34,000 bases of DNA from Octopus bimaculoides. Its lineage: Eukaryota. The notes under the pieces are model-generated. The model made no database searches and was not told the origin of the DNA. It saw only the letters and a list, made by a program, of their open reading frames with translations. A program made the position numbers and the translations under genes. Positions 23,330 to 34,000 of the stretch are shown one piece after another (position 1 is the stretch's first letter; every line of letters starts with the position of its first letter). The DNA is taken from the NCBI RefSeq assembly GCF_001194135.2, contig NC_068989.1, forward strand, positions 26,493,601 through 26,527,600. The letters run 5' to 3'.

Positions 23330-24965
23330 GCTTTACACAGCTCACCGACTCTCCTTTTCTTTCCTTGGTACCCAGGCCTTAACATAGAAGGGACAGCACA
23401 AGGACAGACAGAACACCACAGTGGGCCCAAAAAGCATAAAACGAATGAAAAATGGAAAATTGTATAATGAAATGGTTGCCTTGACACATTCTCAAGGAGT
23501 ACCATTTAACAGTTAATTTATACAATTCAATCAATCGTTCTTTCACCCTGTTTTTCGTTTATGTAGCGTTCTTTTTATTCTTTCTTTCCAAACATTTTAA
23601 CAGTCTACTTTTCCTCTTTTTTTATAAGAAATTTTACTTCCTTGCTTTTTTTAAACGTTCATTAGTGGCTTTAAATCTTCGAAATCTACGACAGGTGGTA
23701 GTTCGTCAAACTTGATTTCAACCCCCAGCTGGTCTATGCTGCTTCCAAATAGTTCTTTTAATTTCTCAAATCTCTCTCTATCTATGACGATTACTATAGT
23801 CTTTTCCAAGTAATTTTCTATAGGCAGCCTTAACCTTATTATTGATTTATACTTTACAATCTTTTTTTCTATTGCAGTACTTTTGATATACGTGACCCTT
23901 TTTTGCTCCCCGGAGGAGAGCTCACCCGTACTTTTCTCTTCCTCCTGTTTACGACTGTGAAGGATTCCTCCACTCTATCTGTCCCTGTTACATGTGCTAC
24001 CTCTTCAGTACTCTTTCCTTCACCTTTGTGCTCCTTTTCACTTTCCTTCTGAGGGCATCTCACTTTCAAGTGCCCTTTTTTGACTCAAATGAAGCATGTT
24101 GGCGGCCTTCCTTCTACTACTACTCGAAGTCTATTGTTATTCATCTACTTTACTTTCTTGCTGAGGGCACCATGCACTCATGTGCCCTTTTGTTTACATA
24201 GAAAACATGTTGTAGGTCTTCCCTCCACCAACAATTTTAACGTAATGTCTTCTTGAATTCCGTGTAGGTCATCTGACACAACTTGAATCGCCATGTCTAG
24301 GTCGTATCCCCAACACTCAACATTTTGCGTTCTAGCTATCTTCAGAACCCTTGCATCTTCCTCCATTCCGTGCGCGACCGCAGCTATCAGCCATGCCTCC
24401 TCGGTCTCGGGAAGTACTCTGCCGACTCTCACTCTGTCAACACGTGTGCCACAGTACGTCGGCAGCGGCACCCGCTCTTGTGTCCTTATCGGCTCAGTGG
24501 GGTGGTTAGTAGCGTCCTCCTCGTTGGAGAACCTAACCTCCACTGTGCCGTATTTCCTTTCACGTGTATGAAAGGCGGTAAGGCATTCCACGTCACCCAG
24601 ATATTCCTCTATTGCCTCTATTGCCTCTATTAGGGAAATCTCTTTTTTTTTTGTAGCAGCGGTTGATAACGTCCTGTACACAACCGTCTTTCTTGCTACA
24701 TTCTTCGTCACTTCTTCTGGTGAGGTCAGCTTTAAACTGGCCCCTTCCTTATGTGACAATTTGTTTCCTTGTTTCCATTTTTTCGTCCCTATTTTCATCT
24801 CGCGTATTTCAAGGGTGTTCAAACGAATTTCAAGCTTGTGTAGATCCAGATGCATAATTGCCTCACGCTCCATTTCACCTCTTTTCACTACATCATACCT
24901 GGGGGAGAAACAATTCCCAAAACAGGCCAAAAACAACGAGAGAAGTTCAATAATTTAACAATTTC
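23330..24965 (-). mobile_element. ORF1/Gag-like-only element, unit 1 (pseudogenised; CCHC knuckle protein plus conserved tail)
   Basis: 252-aa ORF 24936-24178 ends 'LLVEGRPTTCFLCKQKG', then frameshifts. It continues with a second knuckle module, 'FTVVNRRKRKVRVSS' and 'FEKLKELFGSSIDQLGVEIKFDELPPVV' to about 23655. No RT or EN follows. Confidence 0.75.
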
Positions 24966-25094
24966 AGTAATTTAAGAATTTAACGAATCTTGGTTCATCC
25001 GCGCGGGGAGACCTACGACAAATATATAAATAACTGTGTAATAATTTAACTCACGTTTAAAGAAACCAAGACCAACACATAAAAATGACGAAAT

Positions 25095-26557
25095 GACTCT
25101 CCGTTCCTTTATTTTAGGACTATGGCTGTTCACAAACAGAGGAGAGCACAAGGACAGACAGCACACCAGAGTGAGGACAAAATATTCAAACGAATGAAAA
25201 GTGAATAAAATGTATAATGAAATCGATGATGATGAAATGGCTGCAATAAGCCCCACTCTCAAGCAGTACAATTTAAATGTTAATTTTTACTGTTTTTGAA
25301 AGCTTTCTTTTTTTTTTAGCATCTGTTTTTTTTTTTTTCTTTTTCTCCTTTTTATTTCTTTTTTTTCCCACCTTTTTAAAAAAGTCTACTTTCTCCTTTT
25401 TTTTTCCTTTTTAAAGGACACCTCCATTACCATTCATTAGGTGTATTAACTCTTCGTATTTAACTACTTTTGGTAGTTCCTCAAATTCAGTCTCTTCCCC
25501 GAAAGGTTTCACATCATCTTAAAATAATTCTTTCAACATTTTATACCTTTCCTTGTCAATCACCACTCACTTGATGTGTTCTGGGTAACTTTGCGCTGGC
25601 AATTTAATTCTCATGGCACCTTTGAATTTCGTTATTTTCCGATCAGTGGCGGTGCATTTCACATATGTGAACACATGCCGCTTTTTCTTATTCACATTTA
25701 CCTCTTTATGCTCCAGACCTGGGACGACCAGGATTGTCGTTTCCCTTGGTTTCTCTGTCTGTACATAAAAACAATCATCCACGATTATGCCTTCCATCCT
25801 ATGTAGTGATATCTCTGCTGGTATATCTGACCAGTTCCTCGGTATCTCCTCTATTTTCCCCTCTTCATCCTGTATTCATTTTTTGGTTCTCTAGTGGAGA
25901 GCTCACCTGCACTTTCTTCTTTCGCCTATTTCCGACCGAAAACGTCTCCAATTTATTTTCCTTTATCTCCTGCCCCGCCTTTACGGTGGGCTCTTTCTTC
26001 ACGCTGTTGTTCCTCCACTTTACTTTCTTGTTGGGGCACCTCACTCTCATGTGCCCTTTTTGTTTACATAGAAAACAGTAACGTCGGCAGCAACACCCGC
26101 TCATGTCTCCTTATCGGCTCAGTGGATTGGTTAATAGCGTCCTCCTAGTTGGAGAATCTAGCCTCTACCGTGCTGCATTTAGTTTGACGTGTATGAAAGG
26201 TCGTAAGGTCTTTCCCAACACCGAAACATTCCTCTATTGCCTCTATTGGAGGAATCTCTATATTTTTGATAGCGGCTAATAACGTCCTGTACACAACCGT
26301 TTAACTTGCTACATTCTTCGTCATTCCTTATAGTGGGATCACCATTAAACTGGCCCCTTCCCTTTCTTACAATTTGTTTCCTTTTTCCATTCATTCATCT
26401 CTATTTTTATCTTGCGAATTTCAAGGGTGTTGTTCGTAATACCGTGTGTAGTTGCAGATGGATAACTTGGGCCACGCTCCCCACTTCACCCATAACTGGG
26501 GAAGAAACCATTTTCAAAACACGCAAGAACTGCGACAGAAATTCAACAATTTGACAA
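25095..26557 (-). mobile_element. ORF1/Gag-like-only element, unit 2 (internal deletion)
   Basis: Co-linear with unit 1, with intact knuckle 'CFLCKQKGHMRVRCP' (CX2CX4HX4C) and 'FSVGNRRKKKVQVSS'. It shares the tail 'gaaatggctg..ccccactctcaagcagtacaatttaa'. Confidence 0.75.
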
Positions 26558-27835
26558 AAACGAATAAAATGTATAATGAAATCAATAATGATGAAATGGC
26601 TGAGTTGCACCCCACTCTGAAGCAATACAATTTAATAGTTAATTTATACAATTTTGGAAGTTTTTACTTTTATATTTTTGCATCTTTTTTCTTCCATTTT
26701 TCCTCTTTTTAATGTTTTTCCTTTTTTTAAAAAAGTCTGTTTTCTAATTGTTTTCCTTTAAAAAGGACTCCTGTATTGCCATACATTAAGGGTATCAAAT
26801 CTTCGTTTTTAACTACTTTTGGTAGTTCCTCAAATTCAATCTCTTCCCCCAAAGGGTCCACATCATCTTGAAGTAATTCTTTCAACCTTTTATACTTTTC
26901 CTCGTCAATAACCACCACTCCCTTGATGTGTTCCGGGTAACATTCTGCTAGCAATTAAATTCTTATGGCACCTTTGAATTTCGTTATCTTCTGCTCTATG
27001 ATGGTACTTTTTAAATATGGGACCACATACCATTTTTCGTATTCGCAATTACTTGTTTATGCTCCAAACCTCGGCCGCCCGGGCCAGTCGTTTCCCTTGG
27101 TTCTTCCGTCTGTACATAAAAAATCGTCCACGATCGTCTTCCACCCTATGTCTTGATTCCTCTGCTGGCATATCTGACCAGTTCCTCGTTGCCTTCTCTA
27201 TTTGCTCCTCTACATCCTATATTCATTTTTGGCTTTCCTCTTTGTTTTCCTTTATTTCCGGCCCCTCTTCTTGTTCTTCCACTTTCTTTTCTTGCTGTGG
27301 GCATCTTCCTCTCATGTGCCATTTTGTTTACATAGAAAACATGTTGGGGGTCTTCCCTCCTCCATTAGACTTAGTATAACGTCTTCTGTTAGAAGAATCC
27401 CTTCAACAAATCATTGTAGGTCCTTTAACCCAACTTGGATCGCCATCACTAGGCCGTATCCCCAGCACTCAACTTTCTTCCTTCTAGTTATCTTCAGAAC
27501 CCTTGCATCTTCCTCCAATCCGTGCATGACTGCTGCTACCAACAAAAGCTCTTCGATCTCGGTGGGCACTCTACTGACCCTCACTCTTGCCACAAATTTG
27601 CAACAGTACGTTAGCAGCAGCAGCCACTCTTCTGTCCTTATCAGCTCAGTGAAGTGATTCGTGGTGTCATCCTCGTTGAAGAACCTAACCTCCAATGTGC
27701 CGTATTTCCTTTCACGTGGTTAAAAGGTGGTAAGGCATTTCACGTCACCTAGACATTCCTGTATTGACTTTATTGGTGCAATCTCTATATATTTGGTAGC
27801 GATTGATAACGTCCTGTACACAACCGTCTTCCTTG
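26558..27835 (-). mobile_element. ORF1/Gag-like-only element, unit 3 (5' end lost at a SINE)
   Basis: 'EVRFFNEDDTTNHFTELIRTEE...GLEEDARVLKITRRKKVECWGYGL', 'EGRPPTCFLCKQNG' and 'YKRLKELLQDDVDPLGEEIEFEELPKVV'. It has the same tail at 26558-26646. Confidence 0.75.
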
Positions 27836-27960
27836 TCGACTTTATCTTTCATCCTTTCGGAGTCGATAAATTAGGTACCAGTTGCATAAAGAGTCGATCT
27901 AATCAACTACCCCCTCCCCAGAAATTTGGGGCCTTGTGCCTAGAATAGAAAAGAATATAC
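27834..27960 (+). mobile_element. SINE family B, 3' half
   Basis: 'gtcgactttatctttcatcctttcggagtcgataaattaggtaccag...ggggccttgtgcctagaatagaaa'. Confidence 0.85.
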
Positions 27961-28054
27961 ATTAGATTGCTTTAAAATGTGCGTTTTAATCTAGATTCAT
28001 ACAAATATAAAGGAAAGAATAAAACGAAAACCAATCTACAAAAGGAACGCGTTC

Positions 28055-28930
28055 AAGAGAATATATCGGCCAGCAATTCAGGACAAGGTGCAAGTCAATT
28101 ACATCCACCCAATACTCAGCTGGCAATTATTTTATCAACGCAGAAAGAATAAAATGCAAAATAATCCTCGGTGGAATTGAACACAAAACGCAATGACGGA
28201 CGAGAGGGCGCTAAGTAATTTGACCAGCGAGCTAATGATGTTATCATCTCACTGTCTTGATGTTCAGGAAAATATATATTGGTTTAACATTTTGCCCCAG
28301 GTCAGCAATTTCTAGGGATGAAGTACGATGATCCCAGTCCTCAACTGGCACTTAATTTATAGATCTCAAAATGCCGAAAGGCAAATTTGACCTCAGAACA
28401 ATTTGAACTCACAGCGTAAAGTCGAAAGAAGTCACTAAGTATTTTGTCCAGCATGGTTACTATTCTGTCTGTTCACTGCCTTAACGTTCAGAGAAATGTA
28501 TTAGCTTCAGATTTTGGCACAAGGAGGGAGGCGTTAATTCGATCACATCGACCCCAGTGTTCAATTGGCACTTATTTTAACACTCCCAAAGGGATGTGAA
28601 GATCAAATCAGAGCGTAAATCGGACGAAATGCCGCTAGGTATTTTCCTCAGTGTGCTAAGGATTCTGCTACCGCACTGTGTTAACATTCAGGGTAATATA
28701 TTAAATTCAAACTTTTGCACAAGGCTAGCAATTTCTGGCGATGGGGTATGTCGATTCCAGTGCTCCTTGTATATTAATTTTATCGACCCGCATGAGGCTG
28801 AATAGCAAAGCTGAATTCAGTGTAATTGGTACAAAGAACGTGATTTCGGAAGAAATGCCGCCAAGTACTTTGTCCGGCATGGTAACGATTTTACCAACTC
28901 ATCGTCTTAACGTCCAGGGAAATATATTAA
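28055..28930 (-). repeat. Head-to-tail array of four diverged SINE family B units sharing a spacer
   Basis: The spacer 'aacgttcagggaaatatatt'-like recurs at 28259, 28483, 28683 and 28909. Each interval reverse-complements to a SINE-B head, body and 'ccttgtgc(c)aaaa' tail. Confidence 0.8.
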
Positions 28931-29624
28931 AATGTTTTCTTATACTAGTTTGTGGAGGAAGCGAAGAAGTAGAACTAAAATACGGATGAGGAGATAATGA
29001 TGATATGAATGAGGAAACTACAAGAAAATGAAAAGAAAAATGCGAAGTTTGGAGAAAGGGATAAAAAGGACTAGAAGATGAAGAAAATATTTTTCTATGT
29101 AAATCTTTATTTTTAAAAAAACTGTAATTTTAACCTTGAATCTTAATTCTCCTCTGAAGATTCAAATCTGAAGTCAATACAAATTGAAACGATTTTAGCA
29201 TTTCAGTTAGAATTGCACCATTGAAGTACTATTGAGTTAAAGCTCATCCGTATTTTGTTTTGTTCAATACCATATTGCAATAGATTATATTTTGCAGAAT
29301 ATTAACCTACAAAATCGTTCATTTACGAAGCTCTTTCACATCACTGACACCAATAACGGATTTTAGAAAGCTATCGGCGACTCACATTTCGTTCTTCAGC
29401 TTGCCAACATTTATTTTATTTTATCTGTTTATGTTTTGTTTTTTGTATTTTTATTTTATTTTTTTTCCTTAAAACACTACACCCCATGGAACTATTTGTG
29501 GTTAACAAAATGAAGAACAACTTGAAAAATAAATATAAAAAGCTAATTGAAAAGCAGGAAATGTATTAAGGAGTGAACAAGTAAAAAGGAGAATATAGCG
29601 AAGACAAAATTGTATACAGCTATA

Positions 29625-29776
<152 letters not shown>

Positions 29777-31144
29777 GAACGAAGGTAAATGACAAAATCG
29801 ACAAGACAGTCAAAACAATAGATACCATCCCGTCTACAAAAAATTTCCTCAGCAGATCGTTTTCCCTCCTGCCTTGATTGTTCAATTCAATAAAACAATG
29901 TTACTTTCCCCATCACAACATACTTCTCAATACATTTTGTCATGTAATTTTGTTGGTGCGCGTATCTATTTATGAGTCTATGTTGGTGCATGTATCTCTT
30001 TTTGAGTTTAAGAAAGTATTCGTGTATGTGTGTGTGCAACTATTTATAGGCGTTTCTTTGCAAATATGGCAGTATGTGGGATTGCTGTTGGTGTATTTTT
30101 TTCTATTTTACTCTAATATCTAATATCATCGAAAATTGTGGAGGTTGAAAAAAGAAATACTGTATTTTAGCATTTAAAGTAACTTCTCGAAATAGAATGG
30201 TTTTCCATTTTATTCCTTTTTCCATGATTAGATAAGCGCTGGTGCTTTATTTTTGTTATCGTATAGCTCAGTGTACTTCACCATATGAAGCATATTCATC
30301 GCATATCTAAGTTTCCATTATTTCATATCTTCCTTTCAAATGGTATCTTGCTAGAAATATGAAGCGATTGGTCCCATTTCCTTTGAAGATTAAATATATC
30401 TCAACTAAGCTAAAATAAATATGAAAATATAGCTATCACTTATTTTTGAATAACACGGGAGTTCCCTTAATTAAATTGAATACGTTTGAAGGTCTCTTGA
30501 AAAATCCCCTGCAGCATATGTTTTACCCCACATTATCTCTTTCAGAAAGCTAATAATTAGTTTTGTTTCTGTTTCAAATACAAACGAGTTGTGCAGCAAT
30601 CAAAATAAAATGGAAGCAAATGGAAATAACCCGAAGGCGTACTCTTGAATACATTATATCGGTCAAATATATAAATTCGTAGACAGACCATTAGTAGCTA
30701 TATGTGTGTATTTTACAGTATACCAGTAAACACGGAAGCAGAAACCAAAACTCACAATAACTCAATATTGCTTCGATACATTTGTGTAAAATTCACTGAC
30801 TAACGTATACTTAAGTTTAAATCCATATAATATAGAATGTTTAATATAATATAAAAGTACACATTTACATAGTGTTTCCACGTGCGCGCACGCCTATTAT
30901 ATATATATNNNNNNNNNNNNNNNNNNNNNNNNNNNNNNNNNNNNNNNNNNNNNNNNNNNNNNNNNNNNNNNNNNNNNNNNNNNNNNNNNNNNNNNNNNNN
31001 NNNNNNNNNNNNNNNNNNNNNNNNNNNNNNNNNNNNNNNNNNNNNNNNNNNNNNNNNNNNNNNNNNNNNNNNNNNNNNNNNNNNNNNNNNNNNNNNNNNN
31101 NNNNNNNNNNNNNNNNNNNNNNNNNNNNNNNNNNNNNNNNNNNN

Positions 31145-32045
31145 AACAGGAGGTCCAGTTGAGTTTGATGGTAAGCTCCTTGAGGCATTACTTGAAGAAA
31201 ATCCTGCATTATCAGTTGAAGAATTGACAATAAAGCTTAGTTCAAACCATACAACTGTTCATCGTTATCTTCAACAACTTGGAAAGTTTCCTAAACATGG
31301 AAAATGGGGGCCCTCATGAATTGTCCGAAAGCAACCGCCAATCATGAGTTGATATCTGCTCTTCTTTCCATTCTTGCAAACGTATTTCACCCTTTTTGGA
31401 TACACTTGTGACTGGTGACGAATAATAGATCTTCTGTCGAAATGTTAAACGTCGTAAACTGTAGTTTGGTAAAAGGGAAATGGCTCAACCACAACTGAGA
31501 AAAAAGGCTCTTCTCTCTATCTGGTGGGATTGCAAATGAGTACTTCACTTTGAATTGTTACCACCTAATGCAACAATCAATGCTCAAGTCTACTTTGAGC
31601 ATTTAGAGCGTTTGAACCAAGCTTAGAAGAAAAAAGACCTGCTTTAGTGAACCGAAAAGGAGTGATGTTTCGTCAGGACAATGCGTGCCACCACACTGCA
31701 AGGATCACATCACCGACGACCTAAGAGCTTGGTTGGGAAAAAATTCCTCATCCACCTTATTCTCCCGACCTTGCTCCTTCAGGCTACCATTTGTTTCGTA
31801 GTTTACAGAATCATTTGGGGGACATAACTTTCGCAAGTCAGGGGGAAAGTCGAAACTGACATTTCAGAGTTCTTCACTTTGAAACCAAAAGGGTTTTACA
31901 TTGATAGGATTAAAAAGTTTATAAATAGGTGGAAGGAAGTCATGGATAATCAGGGAAAGTACATTAAATTTCAATTGCATATAACATTTGATCACTTGTT
32001 TTCTTTATTCAAAATTCGGACAGAATTTATGGGATGACCTGATAT
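31145..32045 (+). mobile_element. Decayed mariner (Tc1/mariner, DD34D-type) transposon; left end in a gap
   Basis: HTH 'LEALLEENPALSVEELTIKLSSNHTTVHRYLQQLGK', 'GKWGP', 'LVTGDE', 'LSIWWD', 'FRQDNA' and 'HPPYSPDLAPSGYHLFRSL'. Right TIR-like 'cggacagaatttatgggatgacctga' plus TA at about 32016-32045. Confidence 0.93.
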
Positions 32046-34000
32046 ATATNNNNNNNNNNNNNNNNNNNNNNNNNNNNNNNNNNNNNNNNNNNNNNNNNNN
32101 NNNNNNNNNNNNNNNNNNNNNNNNNNNNNNNNNNNNNNATATATAAAGTAACGATTATTTACCAACCTAATGTGGCAGTCCATTTTTCGACGAATACCAC
32201 AGCTGTTTAACCCCAGGAAACATCATCTCTAGTTGGCTATACGACACACGATCTATACCCTTATATTTTCGGGCCGAGGAGCTTAACACCCCCACCCAGC
32301 ACAAACCAGTATCTCTGGGCCTTACTGTTTCAGGTTTATTTCAATTTATCGGCACCGAATAACTCTTTGGATGAGATGGCGCTGCTAAGCATCCATTCGA
32401 AAACATATATACTTTTCTGAATGACACACAGTTACCGATCTAATAAATAGAAACATTATTATTCCTAAATCTCTCAATGAACGAATTACGATAGATATCT
32501 GGATTTTCAACATGCTAAATATCGCACTTGATGATAAATGCAGAAAATAGTCACAGTAATAATGTATTTTACAAGTAGTTGGCCACTGCAGTGGCGTCTT
32601 TACTGAGTATCCGAGTTGAAATAGCAAACAGAATTGACGCGTATTTGGAGACAGAACAGGCATATTTTGATTGAATAACTGTAATGAATATAGAGAAACT
32701 TGTGACCAGACACTGATTTTATTTGACATACTACATTTCTGACATAAGATCTTCCCTTATGTAATCTTCGTTATATTGGAATTTGAATTGAGAAGTGGAA
32801 AAATTGTGGATACTTTTTGAGTGATAAATGTAGTGCATTAAATGGAATCACTTCATGACGAACTGACTATATATCTTCAATAGCAGAAGTGACTGTCTCA
32901 AGTGATTTTCGTCGTTAATTCTCATAATGAAAGTCATATATCAGTAGGAAATGAAGTGTAAATATGATTTACGTATCTAAATTCTATTTGTTGCAATTTC
33001 AGGTTCCTCAGTAACACATGTTAATTGGGTTTGCTCAAAATGTTGTATATTTTACACGATTACTTCACTCTCCTCTTGAGTTTCAAGTTAATATTAGTAT
33101 TTCTAAACGTGTTATCTCCAGTCTCTACCCAATACATATGACTCTTGTTTTATTTTACGGAACTGCCTCAGTGATCTGCTTATTTATGGTATGATTAGGA
33201 CAATTTTACGGTGTTACTACGTGCTGAAGAAAGCATTGGCTGTCATTTCGCAATCTCACTGTTATATAAACAAATGGGTAGCACAGTCTCGTGCATTATT
33301 TAACTATGTTACTGTTCTTTACCTTTATTGTTTTAGCAGTGAAATATTCTATATTTATGAGATATAGTTAGAGAAACCGTATTTGTTGATACAAAGATAA
33401 TTTTAAAAGTACAATACGAATTGGCTCTGACAGATTTATGCTTTGAAATTTTAGAATATGATTCAAAATTGCAGAATACGTAAAGATACAGCAGTGCTTA
33501 TTTCATGAGATAAACATCATATCCATGAAAGAAAAAAATGTCATGCAACCAAGATCATCATGTTGATATAAGAGCAGTCATCTAGAAACTGTATATTCAT
33601 TTCTTAAACATTTATTGGTTTGGCTTCTCTAATATCAGAAATTAACTGTGTAAATTTTTTAAAAAAATGATCTCGAAAAATATTCATTTCTAAACATGAA
33701 AATAAAAAAGCTGGAAAAGGCTGAAAATGAAAATAATAATGCATGAAGAAATGGAGAAAGATAACAAGATTAAACTGAAAAAACGCACACACAGAATGAG
33801 GAGTTTGTAATTCACAAATAGTTAATAAAATATGTCAATTACCTATTTATATGATTGCCAGCCAAAAAAACTTACAGTTAATACACCAGACTTATCTTAA
33901 ACACAAAAAACCTCAATCGAAGTAAGAGTATGTTTTAACAGAGGGAAATGTTTTGCTAGCCTATTCGCTTTCAGATTATTTATTCATATATATTATATAT

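Noticed and set aside
23146-23505. Overlapping 119-aa and 98-aa ORFs
   Set aside because: No recognisable motifs; they overlap the non-coding tail of the ORF1-like unit 1.
28055-28930. CRISPR-like repeat-spacer pattern
   Set aside because: The context is eukaryotic, the 'spacers' are homologous SINE copies, the repeats are degenerate, and there are no cas genes.
32385-33190. 114-aa minus-strand ORF and a possible + exon 33003-33187 with a hydrophobic end
   Set aside because: No recognisable family. The + candidate has an in-frame stop just after the acceptor and no compatible downstream exon; hydrophobicity is expected from T-rich DNA.

Overview
AT-rich, repeat-dominated eukaryotic DNA with five N gaps and no confidently identifiable host protein-coding gene. 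The tRNA-derived SINE families, long TA/TG/TACA/AAT microsatellites and decayed LINEs suggest a cephalopod (octopus-like) genome; this is recognition of the repeat types, not a database result. Content: (i) about nine fragments of RLE-type non-LTR retrotransposons resembling the R4/Dong clade, nearly all on the + strand and often abutting (AAT)n or (TACA)n tracts; (ii) two SINE families, one forming a four-unit head-to-tail array with a private spacer at 28.06-28.93 kb; (iii) a decayed mariner, a Helitron-type helicase fragment and a probable L1/Tx1 ORF2 fragment; (iv) the most unusual feature, three diverged head-to-tail minus-strand units at 23.3-27.8 kb. Each unit encodes only a Gag/ORF1-like CCHC-knuckle protein followed by a conserved tail, with no RT or endonuclease, resembling a HAL1-like ORF1-only element. 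Weak candidates for host transcripts are a signal-peptide-like small ORF at 16.3 kb and a cluster of canonical splice sites at 20.7-22.8 kb. All translations and alignments were done by eye, and boundaries are approximate.
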